Assembly (NCBI GenBank): GCA_963822965.1
Contig: CAWGJT010000006.1
Span: forward strand, 640,001-704,000
Length of the DNA: 64,000 bases
Direction: 5' to 3'
Source: an uncultured delta proteobacterium
GTDB lineage: Bacteria > Myxococcota_A > UBA9160 > UBA4427
Positions 1-10,094 of the stretch are shown here, one piece after another; the first letter of the stretch is position 1; the number at the start of each line of letters is the position of its first letter. The position numbers and the translations under genes are program-made. A model generated the notes under the pieces. It searched no databases. It was not told the origin of the DNA and saw nothing but the letters and a program-made list of their open reading frames with translations.

Positions 1-90
1 CCCTCGCGCTTGGGATTGCCTCTACACTCGCACCGGTGAGCCAGAACGCAAGCTGTGCGGGCCCCGGGCCCGCGACCGCCAGGAGGATGC

Positions 91-1668
91 ATGCAGGTTC
101 CGCTTCTCGTGAACGACTTCCTGCGACGGGCGTCGTACCTCTACCCGGACAAGCTCGCGGTGGTGGACGGCGAGCGCCGCTACACGTGGCGCGACTTCCA
201 GGCCCGGGTGAACCAGCTCTCCCACGCCCTCCTGGGTCTCGGCATCACAAAGGGAGACCGGGTCTGCGTGCTGAGCCCGAACTCGCACTTCTTCCTGGAG
301 AGCTTCTACGGCACGAGCCAGATCGGCGCCGTGCTCGTGCCCCTCAACTACCGCCTGGTCGCCGCCGACCACGAGTACATCCTGAACCACGCCGGCGTAA
401 AGGCGGTGCTCGTCGACTGGGAGTACACCGGCGTCCTCGACGGCATCCGCGAGAATCTGCCGCGCGTGGAGCACTGGATCGAGGCCCGGGACGATGGCGA
501 GACGCCCCCCGGCTGGACGTCCTGGGACGAGCTGCTCGAGGCGGCTCCCACGGACCCGCCCCCGGCGGTGGACCTCGACGAGAACGAGCTGGTCTCCATC
601 AACTACACCTCCGGAACGACGGCCCGGCCCAAGGGCGTGATGCTGACCCACCGCAACTGCTACCTGAACGCCTACAACCTGATCGCGCACCTGGGAGTCT
701 GTCACCAGGACGTCGAGCTCTGGACCCTGCCCATGTTCCACTGCAACGGCTGGGGCGGCGTCTACGCGCTCACCGGGATGGGCGGCACCCACGTGGTGCT
801 TCGCGCCATCGACGGGCGCCGCATCTTCGAGCTGATCGAGCGCGAGAAGGTGACGTTCGCCTGCATGGCCCCCGCCGTGCTGCGGACGATCCTCGACTAC
901 CCCCACAAGGATCGGCACACCATCGCCCAGAAGCCGCGCTTCGCGGTGGCCGGCGCGCCGCCCCCCGCAGCGTTCATCCAACGCCTGGAGGAGGAGCTGG
1001 GCTGGCACTTCCTGCAGCTCTACGGGCTCACCGAGACGGCGCCGCTGCTGACCATCTCCGCGCCCGACGCCAACACCCCTCGCGACGACTGGGCGCGCCG
1101 GGCGCGGGCGGGCGTCGAAGGGCTCGGCGTGCAGATCGAGCTGCGAGACGACCAGGACCGGCCGGTTCCCGCCGACGGCGTGACCCCGGGCGAGATCTGC
1201 GCGCGCTCCAACGTGGTGTTCGCCGGATACTGGGAGCAGCCCGAGCAGACCGCCGCGGCGATCCGCGACGGCTGGTTCCACACCGGCGACCTCGCCGTGC
1301 AGGACGAGGTGGGCAACATCCACATCGTCGACCGCAAGAAGGACGTGATCATCTCGGGCGGCGAGAACATCAGCTCCCCCGAGATCGAGGACGTCCTCTA
1401 CCAGCACCGCGCCGTGCTGGAGTGCGCCGTGATCGGTGTCCCCCACGAGAAGTGGGGAGAGACGCCGGTCGCGCTGGTGGTCCTGCGCTCGGGGGAGACG
1501 CCTTCCGAGCAGGATCTGCTGGCCTTCTGCCGGGAGAAGCTGGCCCACTTCAAGTGCCCGACCGCCGTCCGCTTCGTGGACGAGCTGCCGCGCACCGCCA
1601 CCGGCAAGCTACAGAAGTTCAAGCTGCGCGAGCGCTACTGGCAGGGCGCCGAGCGCAAGGTCAACTGA
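91..1668 (+). CDS. Long-chain fatty acid--CoA ligase / acyl-CoA synthetase (ANL superfamily)
   Basis: Motifs YTSGTTARPKG, YGLTET, GWFHTGD, DRKKD...SGGENI and PRTATGK; AGGAGG at 81-86 precedes ATG 91. Confidence 0.93.
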   Translation: MQVPLLVNDFLRRASYLYPDKLAVVDGERRYTWRDFQARVNQLSHALLGLGITKGDRVCVLSPNSHFFLESFYGTSQIGAVLVPLNYRLVAADHEYILNHAGVKAVLVDWEYTGVLDGIRENLPRVEHWIEARDDGETPPGWTSWDELLEAAPTDPPPAVDLDENELVSINYTSGTTARPKGVMLTHRNCYLNAYNLIAHLGVCHQDVELWTLPMFHCNGWGGVYALTGMGGTHVVLRAIDGRRIFELIEREKVTFACMAPAVLRTILDYPHKDRHTIAQKPRFAVAGAPPPAAFIQRLEEELGWHFLQLYGLTETAPLLTISAPDANTPRDDWARRARAGVEGLGVQIELRDDQDRPVPADGVTPGEICARSNVVFAGYWEQPEQTAAAIRDGWFHTGDLAVQDEVGNIHIVDRKKDVIISGGENISSPEIEDVLYQHRAVLECAVIGVPHEKWGETPVALVVLRSGETPSEQDLLAFCREKLAHFKCPTAVRFVDELPRTATGKLQKFKLRERYWQGAERKVN

Positions 1669-1681
1669 GCCCGACCGGCGC

Positions 1682-2014
1682 TCAGGGCAGGAGCATCTTC
1701 AGCAGGTCGAGGTTCTCGCGCTCGAGCTCGGCCAGCTCGCCGTCGGAGGCGATCACGCCCTCGATCGCGTCGAGGAAGAGCTTCCGGTGCTCGCTCGGGA
1801 TCGCGGTGGGGTCGACGGACTCGGGCCGCGGCGGGACCTTGAGCCAGCTCTCCACCTGGCCAGCCTCGGCGTCGTCCAGGTCGAGGCGCTCGATCAGTCG
1901 CTGCACGAACTGCCGCTCCTCGGGCCGGATCTCGAGGTCTGCCCACGCGAACGAGCAGACGAACTTCATCAGCTGGAGCCGCTCGGCGCGGTCGAGACTC
2001 TGGAGCACCTTCAC
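1682..2014 (-). CDS. TerB-family (tellurite-resistance-like) protein
   Basis: AWADLEIRPEE and VIASDGELAELE paired motifs; GTG start at 2014 or 2008 is inferred. Confidence 0.75.
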   Translation of the reverse strand: MKVLQSLDRAERLQLMKFVCSFAWADLEIRPEERQFVQRLIERLDLDDAEAGQVESWLKVPPRPESVDPTAIPSEHRKLFLDAIEGVIASDGELAELERENLDLLKMLLP

Positions 2015-2256
2015 ACCTCGCTGGATTTCCGGAATCCCGACTTTCTCACAACCCGCCGGATTCTTCCCGTCGATTTCTCCCGCCTGCCCCGCGGGTCGAG
2101 CCGACCCGTCCGGCTGACAGGGTCCAGTCGCCCGGCGGCGGGCGCGGGCGACCTGCACAGAACCTTCCGGCAACCGTGGGGTCCAAGGGAGGCATGGAGT
2201 GCCCCGGGTTGCCGGCAGGTCCGCAGCCCGTCCGCTCGGGGTCACGAGGAGAACCG

Positions 2257-2685
2257 ATGTCGCTCGAAGCCGTTGGGCTGCAGCCCCTGCGCACCACCCC
2301 CACCCGATACGCCGAGGCCGACCAGGCGACCCTGCTCGGCCTCTACCACGGATACGACCAGTCGAGGCTCGCGCTGGCGAAGCTCGTCGTGAGCTTCGGC
2401 GCGGGCGCGCGGGGCGACGAGGAGACGCGGCGCCGCATCTGGCAGCGCTCCCGCCGCCAGGGCATCGCCACGGATCTCTTCGTGCCGCCGAGCGAGCATC
2501 GCTTCCCGGAAGGCCTGAACCGGGCCGCGCACGCCGCGGCGCTGACCGCCTTCGCGACCCTGTCGGAGAAGGCCGAGGAGGTGCTGCGCATCCTGCGCGC
2601 CCGCTGGCCCGAGCTGTGCGAGGACGCGGGGGGCCCGCTCCCGATTCCGTACCCCGAGGACGTCGCCGCCGACTGCGCCGGGTAG
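2257..2685 (+). CDS. Hypothetical protein
   Basis: GAGGAG RBS before ATG 2257; GC3-biased codons. Confidence 0.6.
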   Translation: MSLEAVGLQPLRTTPTRYAEADQATLLGLYHGYDQSRLALAKLVVSFGAGARGDEETRRRIWQRSRRQGIATDLFVPPSEHRFPEGLNRAAHAAALTAFATLSEKAEEVLRILRARWPELCEDAGGPLPIPYPEDVAADCAG

Positions 2686-2777
2686 GAGCGCACCCCGAGA
2701 CGAAGTCTTGGGTCGCGGTTCCGCCGCGGGGGGAGCCCCACCGGACTCCCTCAGCCAGGTCCGCGAGCGCCGCCCGC

Positions 2778-3893
2778 TCAGGCGGCGACGGTCGGCTTCC
2801 CGGACGCGTCGACGTTCGTGTTCAGGAACTCCATCAGCAGCTTCACCAGCTCCTCGGGCGGCTGCGGCTCGGCCTCCTCCACCGAGTCCTTCAGGTGCTC
2901 GAAGCGGAGCAGGTCCATCTTCGCGAAGGCGTCGCGAACGCGCGGGGTGAGCAACCCGAGCCGCTTCAGGTTCGGCACGATCTTCGAGAACGTCATCTGG
3001 CGGAAGCCCTTCATGAAGGGCGTGTTGTTCGACCAGTCCGTCCAGACGGGCACGTCGAAGCCGAGGCGGTCGAAGACGGGCTCCATCTTGAGCCGCTCGC
3101 GCAACAGATGGGAGGCCTCGATGACGAAGTCCTCGCGCTCTCTCAGCTCGCTGCCGGTGATGTCGTTGCGATAGTAGTCGCCGAGGGACAGCACCCCGAA
3201 CGCCACGTGGCGGGACTCGTCCTGCATGATCCGCGTCGTGATGTCCTGGATGAGCGGCTCGCCGGACATCATCATGCGCATCATGCTGAAGGCGGCGAGG
3301 GCCAGACCTTCCACCATGATCTGCATGCCGAGGAAGGTCACGTCCCAACGCGGATCGCGGATGATGTCGTCGAGCAGGCTCTGCAGGCTGGGTACCACCG
3401 GGTAGGCGACGCCCATCTTCTCGGTCAGGTAGCGGTGGTAGACCTCCACGTGCCGGGCCTCGTCCATCACCTGGCTCGCCGCGTAGAACTTCGACTCCTC
3501 CTGCGGCACGGTCTGGACGATCTTGGCGGTCGCGAGCAGCGCTCCCTGCTCGCCGTGCAGGAACTGCGAGAGCATGAAGGCGTTCATGTGGAGCTGCAGC
3601 TCCACCACGCCGCGCTCGTCGAGCTGCCGCGGGGGCTGCATGATCTGGTTCATCAGGACGCCGCCGCCTGCCGCAGTGCGCTCCTGCATCATGCGCTCCA
3701 TGCTCACCTCGGTGGTCCAATCGAGGTCCACGGCGTTCCAGTTGTTCGCCTTGCCCTTCTCGTAGAGGGCCATGAGCCCCTGCTTCTCGAGCGCGTACTG
3801 CCAGTCGAACACGGTGTCGACGGTGGCGGCCACGTGCTCGAAGGCCAGGCCGCTCTCGGGGAGGGGGATCGGGTTCCGCTGCGGGTAGTCCAT
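2778..3893 (-). CDS. Ferritin-like di-iron protein (AurF/RNR-R2-like fold)
   Basis: Di-iron ligand pattern HGEQGA...DEARH...VEGLA...DESRH; AGGAG RBS. Confidence 0.85.
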   Translation of the reverse strand: MDYPQRNPIPLPESGLAFEHVAATVDTVFDWQYALEKQGLMALYEKGKANNWNAVDLDWTTEVSMERMMQERTAAGGGVLMNQIMQPPRQLDERGVVELQLHMNAFMLSQFLHGEQGALLATAKIVQTVPQEESKFYAASQVMDEARHVEVYHRYLTEKMGVAYPVVPSLQSLLDDIIRDPRWDVTFLGMQIMVEGLALAAFSMMRMMMSGEPLIQDITTRIMQDESRHVAFGVLSLGDYYRNDITGSELREREDFVIEASHLLRERLKMEPVFDRLGFDVPVWTDWSNNTPFMKGFRQMTFSKIVPNLKRLGLLTPRVRDAFAKMDLLRFEHLKDSVEEAEPQPPEELVKLLMEFLNTNVDASGKPTVAA

Positions 3894-3958
3894 CGTGGGG
3901 CTTCTCCTGACTCGGCTCGGAGCGCGTTGGGGTGCGTGGAAACGGTCTCGGGGCTCGC

Positions 3959-4612
3959 TCAGGCGATCCCCGTGTAGGCGAGGAAGATGCGGGTGAGCTC
4001 GGCTTCGATCTCGGCGTCGGACAGCGCGCGTCCCCCGCAACGCGTCTCGCCGAAGATCGTGTTCTGGAACATCACCCCGAAGGCGAGCTGGATGCCCAGG
4101 TCGATCGCCATCTCTGGCGACGGGTGCCGGATCTCACCGCGCCGCGCGAGCAGCAGCCGGCCGATGCGCGCCGAGACGCCCTGGCGGAAGCGGATGCCCT
4201 CGTCGCGCGCCTCCACGTCGGCCGCCGCGCGGGCCAGGAAGGTGCTGATCATGTTCTGCTCGGCACGGTGGGTCGCCACGAGCTCGTGCATGCAGGCCGC
4301 CACGATCCCGGCCGTCGGGGCATCGCCCCAGTACGCGGGATCGGCCAGCTCGTCCACGCGTTCGTCGAGACGGGCGAGGAAGCGCTCCTCGAGGGTGCGG
4401 AGCAGCTCGTCCTTGTCCTTGAAGCGGGCGTAGAAGCCCCCCACCGACGACCCCGCCCGGTGCACGATCTCGGGGACCGAGACGTCCGCGAAGCCCTTCT
4501 CGCGGATCAGCGCCTCGGCGGCGTCCAGGAGGCGCAGCAGGGTCTGCTCGCTGCGCGCCTGCTTGGGCCGCGAGACCGTGGAGAGCTGGCTTCTGGAAGG
4601 GCCTCGGGACAT
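3959..4612 (-). CDS. TetR/AcrR family transcriptional regulator
   Basis: N-terminal HTH LLDAAEALIREKGFADVSVPEIVHRAGSSVGGFYARFKDK. Confidence 0.9.
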   Translation of the reverse strand: MSRGPSRSQLSTVSRPKQARSEQTLLRLLDAAEALIREKGFADVSVPEIVHRAGSSVGGFYARFKDKDELLRTLEERFLARLDERVDELADPAYWGDAPTAGIVAACMHELVATHRAEQNMISTFLARAAADVEARDEGIRFRQGVSARIGRLLLARRGEIRHPSPEMAIDLGIQLAFGVMFQNTIFGETRCGGRALSDAEIEAELTRIFLAYTGIA

Positions 4613-4627
4613 GCAGGTCACCCAGGA

Positions 4628-4677
4628 CAAGAATCAGAATCGGATTCTTGTTTAGGCGAGATGCCCCAGCGGGTCAA
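4628..4677 (-). promoter_or_regulatory. sigma70-like promoter with overlapping palindromic operator upstream of tetR
   Basis: Minus strand TTGACC-17 bp-TAAACA; inverted repeat CAAGAATC-N7-GATTCTTG at 4628-4650. Confidence 0.65.
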
Positions 4678-4702
4678 CCGTCGAGCCGGGTCCCGGACGG
4701 CC

Positions 4703-5263
4703 TCAGCCGCCGAGCAGGTCGAGCTCGGAGAGGATCTGGAGGATCTCCTGGGGATGCAGCGAGGCGGCGGGCCGATAGCTGCCGGTGCCCGCCCGCATGA
4801 AGTGGGACTTGGGGAAGGTCCGGGCGGTGATCTTGTCCGACTCCTCGAGCAGGGCCTGGGCGGCCTCGGTGTCCCCCGCCCGCGCCCGCAGCTCGGACAG
4901 GCGCAGCAGGATCGGGATCACCACCGGGTGCTCGGGGCCGTAGTGGGCGGCAAACAGGTCGTAGGAGCGCTGGGTCTCGCGCTCGTCCTCGCCCCGCGGA
5001 CACAGCTGGGGGCTGCGGAAGCAGACGTCGCCCAGGTGCCAGCTGGCGTAGGCGAGCTGGTCCGGGTGGCCGGGCTCGAGCCGGGCCAGCAGCACCGCCG
5101 AGCCGAACGCCTCCACGGCCCCGGCGTCGTCGCCCGCTTCGGCGCTCTCGACGCCGGCCCGCATCTGCTCCTGCCAGCTCGAGAGCGGCACCTTCGGCGC
5201 GGGCCTGGACGCGCAGGCCGCACCGCCCAGCAGGACCGCCGCCAGCGCCATCCGCGCCAGCAT
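4703..5263 (-). CDS. Putative lipoprotein with TPR-like helices
   Basis: Lipobox-like GAAC; YGPEHPVVIPILLRLSEL resembles TPR_12-type repeats. Confidence 0.55.
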   Translation of the reverse strand: MLARMALAAVLLGGAACASRPAPKVPLSSWQEQMRAGVESAEAGDDAGAVEAFGSAVLLARLEPGHPDQLAYASWHLGDVCFRSPQLCPRGEDERETQRSYDLFAAHYGPEHPVVIPILLRLSELRARAGDTEAAQALLEESDKITARTFPKSHFMRAGTGSYRPAASLHPQEILQILSELDLLGG

Positions 5264-5397
5264 GCGGGCGCCCCCCCGCGACGCGTGGGGCGGAGCCGGA
5301 CCGGAGATGCGCGCAGGCCGCGGGTTCTGCACGCCGGAAGACTATGCGGTCTCGATTGCACCGCAAATCGAGAGGGGCTCCTGGCTAGAATCGAGCC

Positions 5398-6624
5398 GTG
5401 TCCCCTTCCCGCTCGTCCGCTCCGGTGCCGGTCGTCTCCGCCCGGGACGCCCGCGGTCTCCTGCTGGGCGCACAGGGTCTCCTCGACGACCCGCGACGTA
5501 AGGCGACCCCTGCCGCCGCCGCCCGCCTGATCGATCGACTCGGCTTCGTGCAGCTCGATTCGATCAACGTCGTCGATCGCGGCCACCACCTGACCCTGGG
5601 TGCACGCCTCTACGGATACGACCCTCGTCACCTCGAGCACCTGCTCGAGCGCCGGCGGCAGCTCTTCGAGCACTGGACCCACGACGCCTCGGCGATCCCG
5701 GCCTGCTGGTACCCCCACTGGAAGCGACGCTTCCGCGCCTTCGCGCGAAGCCATCGCTACCGGCGGTGGATGAGCCAGCGTCTAGGGGGAGACCACCGGA
5801 AGGTCGTCGCCCACGTCCGCCGGCGCCTGCGCGACGAAGGCCCGCTGATGGCGAAGGACTTCGAAGCGCCTCCGGGCGTGAAGCGCGGGAGCTGGTGGGG
5901 CTGGACTCCCCAGAAGACCGCGCTCGAGCTCCTGTGGCACACGGGCGTGGTCGCGATCGCCGGGCGTCGCGACTTCCACAAAGTGTACGACCTGGCCGAA
6001 CGGGTGCTGCCCGAGCTGCACGTCCGGGCGACGCCGCGCGCCAGCGAGACCCTCGACTGGGCCTGCACGTCGGCCATCGATCGGCTGGGGATCGCCACCC
6101 CCGGCGAGATCGCGAGCTTCTGGCAGGCGGTGAGCGTGGGCGAGGCGACCGCCTGGTGCGCGCGCGCGGTTCGGGCCGGCCGCCTCGTGCCGGTCGCGGT
6201 TCGAGACGAGATCGACGGACGGCCCCGCCCGGCGCTGGCCCTGCCCGACTGGGAGCGCCGCCTCGCCCGGCTTCCGCCGCCGGTTGCGGGCCTGCGCCTG
6301 CTCGGCCCCTTCGACCCGGTGGTCCGCGACCGGCGTCGTCTTCTCCGGCGCTTCGGCTTCGACTACCGCTTCGAGGCCTTCGTGCCGGCCCCCAAACGCG
6401 TGTGGGGCTACTACGTCCTGCCCATCCTCGAGGGCGATCGCCTGGTGGGGCGTCTCGACCCGAAGCTCCACCGGGACCGCGAGGTCCTCGAGGTGAGACG
6501 CCTGCACTGGGAGCCCGGCGTGCGCCCCACGCCCCGGCGCCGCCGCGATCTCGAGGAGGCGCTCGGGGTGATCGCTCGGCGGGTCGGCGCCCGCACACTC
6601 GATGTGTCGTGGGGCTCGCGGTAA
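5398..6624 (+). CDS. YcaQ/AlkZ-family (HTH_42) interstrand-crosslink repair DNA glycosylase
   Basis: QLDSINVVDRGH (QxD motif), LFEHWTHDAS, LLGPFDPVVRDR, FDYRFEAFVPAPKRVWGYYVLPIL. Confidence 0.88.
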   Translation: MSPSRSSAPVPVVSARDARGLLLGAQGLLDDPRRKATPAAAARLIDRLGFVQLDSINVVDRGHHLTLGARLYGYDPRHLEHLLERRRQLFEHWTHDASAIPACWYPHWKRRFRAFARSHRYRRWMSQRLGGDHRKVVAHVRRRLRDEGPLMAKDFEAPPGVKRGSWWGWTPQKTALELLWHTGVVAIAGRRDFHKVYDLAERVLPELHVRATPRASETLDWACTSAIDRLGIATPGEIASFWQAVSVGEATAWCARAVRAGRLVPVAVRDEIDGRPRPALALPDWERRLARLPPPVAGLRLLGPFDPVVRDRRRLLRRFGFDYRFEAFVPAPKRVWGYYVLPILEGDRLVGRLDPKLHRDREVLEVRRLHWEPGVRPTPRRRRDLEEALGVIARRVGARTLDVSWGSR

Positions 6625-6625
6625 C

Positions 6626-6711
6626 GGGAATCCGCAGGATTCCCCAGCTAGCAGGCCGACCCGAAAGGGGTCGGCTCGCGCCGCAACGAATCCCAGGGAT
6701 TCGTCAGCTAG
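6626..6711. repeat. REP/BIME-like intergenic element: two hairpin+CAGCTAGC units flanking a GAAA-loop hairpin
   Basis: GGGAATCC-gca-GGATTCCC-CAGCTAGC; GCCGACCC-gaaag-GGGTCGGC; CGAATCC-cag-GGATTCG-TCAGCTAGC. Confidence 0.55.
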
Positions 6712-6722
6712 CCTCTGGCGCC

Positions 6723-7385
6723 ATGTCCGACGCCGACGACGGTACGATCCTGGGCGCCGACGGCGTGGCGCGCTGCTGGTGGGCCGGCCGCGACCCCCTC
6801 TACTGCGCCTACCACGACCGCGAGTGGGGCTACCCGGTGAAGGACGACCGGAGGCTCTTCGAGAAGCTATGCCTCGAGGGCTTCCAGGCCGGACTGGCGT
6901 GGATCACGATCCTCCGCAAGCGCGAGCACTTCCGCACCGCCTTCCGCAACTTCGAAGTGGACGCCGTCGCGCGCATGAACCGCCGCAGCGTGGAGCGGTT
7001 GCTGCGCGACCCCGGAATCGTGCGCCACCGGGGAAAGATCGAGTCCACCCTGAACAACGCGCGCCGCACGCGCGAGCTGGCGCGAAGCGAGGGCTCGCTG
7101 GCGGGCTTCGTGTGGCGCTTCGAGCCGGAGCTCGCGTCGCGACCCCGAAGGCTCACGCGAGCCACCTTCCGGACCCTCACCCAGTCGCCCGAATCGGTCG
7201 CCCTCTCGCGCGCCCTCAAGGACCACGGCTTCAGCTTCGTCGGCCCGACGACGAGCTACGCGTTCATGCAGGCCATGGGCCTGGTGAACGACCACGTCCA
7301 GGGCTGCGCGATCCGCGAGCGGGCGCGCGAAGCCCGGGCCCGCTTCCGGACGCCGCGCGCCGGGCGCCGGCGCGGTGCTCCGTGA
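6723..7385 (+). CDS. tag: DNA-3-methyladenine glycosylase I
   Basis: RCWW...YHDREWG...LFEKLCLEGFQAGLAW...RHRGKI...FVGPTT.YAFMQAMGLVNDH...C. Confidence 0.93.
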   Translation: MSDADDGTILGADGVARCWWAGRDPLYCAYHDREWGYPVKDDRRLFEKLCLEGFQAGLAWITILRKREHFRTAFRNFEVDAVARMNRRSVERLLRDPGIVRHRGKIESTLNNARRTRELARSEGSLAGFVWRFEPELASRPRRLTRATFRTLTQSPESVALSRALKDHGFSFVGPTTSYAFMQAMGLVNDHVQGCAIRERAREARARFRTPRAGRRRGAP

Positions 7386-10057
7386 GCCAGTCCCGCGTCG
7401 AGACGCGCATCGCCAACGGCCTGCGCCGCTGGGTGGCCGCGGTGGATCGGCGCGCGGGCCTGGTGTGCTGGGGGACGCTCGTCGTCACCGTGGCCCTCAC
7501 CGTGCACGCCGTCCTCTTCCTGGGGATCAACTCGGACAACATGAGCCTGATCCCCGAACGCCTGCCCTCCCACGACGCCTACGAGGAGTTCAAGTCGCTC
7601 TTCCCGACGCTCGACTCGGCGCTGCTGGTCGTGATCGACGCGCAGACGCCGGAGCTCTCCCGCAGCGCCGGCGAGCAACTCGAGGCGGCCCTGCACGAAC
7701 AGCCGGAGCACTTCACGCGGGTGTACGCGCCAGGAGGCGGCTCGTTCTTCGAGGAGCACGGGCTCCTCTACCGCCCGATTCCCGACCTCGAGAAGTTCGC
7801 CGACCAGATGGTGCGGATGCAGCCCGTGATGGCGGAGCTCGAGCGCGATCCGAGCCTGGCGCAGCTCGCCAAGATCGTAGAGCTCGCCCTGGACGACCTG
7901 CGCGAGAACGACACCGGCGCGAACGAGTGGTCCCTGGTCCTGGATCGGGTGAGCCAGGCCACCGTCGACCTGTGGCAGGACCCCTGGCTCCACACCTCGT
8001 GGGAAGAGATCCTGCTGCGGGGGTCGTCGATGGACGTGACGACGCGACGCGTCCTGGTCGCGACTCCCATCCTCGAGTTCGGCAGCGTCTTCGGAGCGGG
8101 GGACGCGATCGAGGCGATCTACGACGCCGCGAGGACCCGCGGGCTCGTGCCCGAGCGCGGCGTCCGGGTGCGGGTCACGGGCAATCCCGCGCTCAACTAC
8201 GAGGAGATGGTCGGCCTGATCTGGGACATCGGATCGGCGAGCCTCTTCTGCTTCGTGCTCGTCGCGGGCATCGTCTACGTCGCGGTCCGCTCGTTCCGGG
8301 TGATGCTCGCGGTCATCGCCACCCTGCTCGCCGGCCTGCTGTGGACCTCCTCGTACGCCGCCGCCTCCGTCGGCCACCTGAACCTCATCTCGATCTCGTT
8401 CGCGGTCCTCTTCATCGGCCTCGGCGTCGACTTCGGCATCCACCTGGGCATGAGCTACACCGCGCATCGGCGGCTGGGACGGGTTCACGAGGCTGCCCTC
8501 GATCACGCGATCGCGGACATCGGCGGCTCCCTGGTGCTCTGCGGCGTCACCACGGCCATCGGCTTCTTCGTCTTCGTTCCCACCGACTACCGGGGCATCG
8601 CCGAGCTGGGCTGGATCGCCACCGGGGGCATGGTCGTGATCGTCTTCCTCTTCGTGACGCTCTTTCCCGCGTTGCTGTCGTCCTGGCTGCGCGTCGGAGA
8701 GATCGCACCCGGCGCCGACGTGCACTTCCGCTACGCGTGGTGGCGTCCCTTCCAGCAGCATCCGACGGTCGTCCGGGTGGTCGCCGGGCTCGCGTTCGCG
8801 GGCAGCCTGGCGCTGCTCCCCGCGTCCCGCTTCGACCCCAACGTCGTCAACATGCGGGACGACGACACCATCTCGGTGCAGGCCTTCAACGACCTGCTCG
8901 ACGAGCCGAATACGGCCCCCTGGTACATCAACCTGGTCGAGCCGGATCTCGAGACGGCCCGGGACGCCGCGGAGCGCGTGCGCGAGCTGCCGACGGTGAG
9001 CCGCGCCTTCAGCCTCGCCGACTTCGTGCCCGACGAGCAGGACGAGAAGCTCGACATCCTCGCCGACGTCGCCATGCTCCTCGACGTGCCGGCCTCCCCC
9101 GGAGGCACGCCCGCAGCGGAGACCCTCTCCATCGACGAGCAGATCGCCGCCATCCGCAAGCTGCACGACTTCTTCGGCCGCTCCTGGATGCAGGAGAAGC
9201 ACTCGGTCCTGGCCGCCAGCATCCGCAAGCTGCGGGGCCATCTGGGGGACTTCCTCGCGCGTGTGGAGCGCGAAGGCAACGCCCGCGAGGCGATCGCCTC
9301 CCTGGAGAGCATCCTGTTCGCGAACCTGCCCGAGCAGATCGAGCGCATGCGACGCGCGGTCGAGACGGGCCCGGTCGACTTCGAGGACCTGCCCGCGGAG
9401 CTCGTCGACCGCATGCAGGCGCCCGACGGACGGTCCCGGGTGCAGATCTTCCCCGAGCAGGATCTCGAGGACCTGGTGGAGATGAAGGCCTTCGTGCGGG
9501 ACGTGCAGGGGGTGGCGCCCGGCGCGACGAGCGTCGTCGTGAACCTCGTCGAGTTCGGGGACGTCACGGTCCGGTCCTTCGCCCAGGCCGTCGTCTCGGC
9601 GGCGTTGCTGATCGCCGTGCTGCTCTTCGTGATCTGGCGGGACCCGCTGGACGTGGTCCTGGCCATGTCCCCGCTGGTGCTGAGCGCCGTGCTCACGGGC
9701 GCCTTCATGGTGCTGATGCGCCTGCCCTTCGACTTCACCAACGTGATCGTGATCCCGCTGGTGTTCGGGATCGGCGTCGACAGCGGCATCCACCTGGTGC
9801 ACCGCTGGAAGGCCCGGGTCCCGCCGCACGAGGGCCTCCTCGGCACGACCACGGCGCGGGCGGTCTTCTACAGCGCGCTGACGACGACGGCGAGCTTCGG
9901 AAGCCTGGCCTTCTCGGGCCACAACGGCATGAGCGCCCTGGGCCAGATGCTGACCGCGGGGATGGTCTTCACCGTGATCTGCAACCTGGTGGTGCTCCCC
10001 GCACTCCTCGACCTGCGCCGGCGACCGCAGGGGGATGAAGCCGCCGCGAGCGGCTGA
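7382..10057 (+). CDS. MMPL/RND family transporter, HpnN-like (hopanoid-associated)
   Basis: Two RND halves with FIGLGVDFGIH and FGIGVDSGIH; FFEEHGLLY motif; GTGA overlap with the tag stop. Confidence 0.85.
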   Translation: MSQSRVETRIANGLRRWVAAVDRRAGLVCWGTLVVTVALTVHAVLFLGINSDNMSLIPERLPSHDAYEEFKSLFPTLDSALLVVIDAQTPELSRSAGEQLEAALHEQPEHFTRVYAPGGGSFFEEHGLLYRPIPDLEKFADQMVRMQPVMAELERDPSLAQLAKIVELALDDLRENDTGANEWSLVLDRVSQATVDLWQDPWLHTSWEEILLRGSSMDVTTRRVLVATPILEFGSVFGAGDAIEAIYDAARTRGLVPERGVRVRVTGNPALNYEEMVGLIWDIGSASLFCFVLVAGIVYVAVRSFRVMLAVIATLLAGLLWTSSYAAASVGHLNLISISFAVLFIGLGVDFGIHLGMSYTAHRRLGRVHEAALDHAIADIGGSLVLCGVTTAIGFFVFVPTDYRGIAELGWIATGGMVVIVFLFVTLFPALLSSWLRVGEIAPGADVHFRYAWWRPFQQHPTVVRVVAGLAFAGSLALLPASRFDPNVVNMRDDDTISVQAFNDLLDEPNTAPWYINLVEPDLETARDAAERVRELPTVSRAFSLADFVPDEQDEKLDILADVAMLLDVPASPGGTPAAETLSIDEQIAAIRKLHDFFGRSWMQEKHSVLAASIRKLRGHLGDFLARVEREGNAREAIASLESILFANLPEQIERMRRAVETGPVDFEDLPAELVDRMQAPDGRSRVQIFPEQDLEDLVEMKAFVRDVQGVAPGATSVVVNLVEFGDVTVRSFAQAVVSAALLIAVLLFVIWRDPLDVVLAMSPLVLSAVLTGAFMVLMRLPFDFTNVIVIPLVFGIGVDSGIHLVHRWKARVPPHEGLLGTTTARAVFYSALTTTASFGSLAFSGHNGMSALGQMLTAGMVFTVICNLVVLPALLDLRRRPQGDEAAASG

Positions 10058-10094
10058 TCCCCGAGCTCGCGGACGAAGGCCGAAGAACCGCCGA

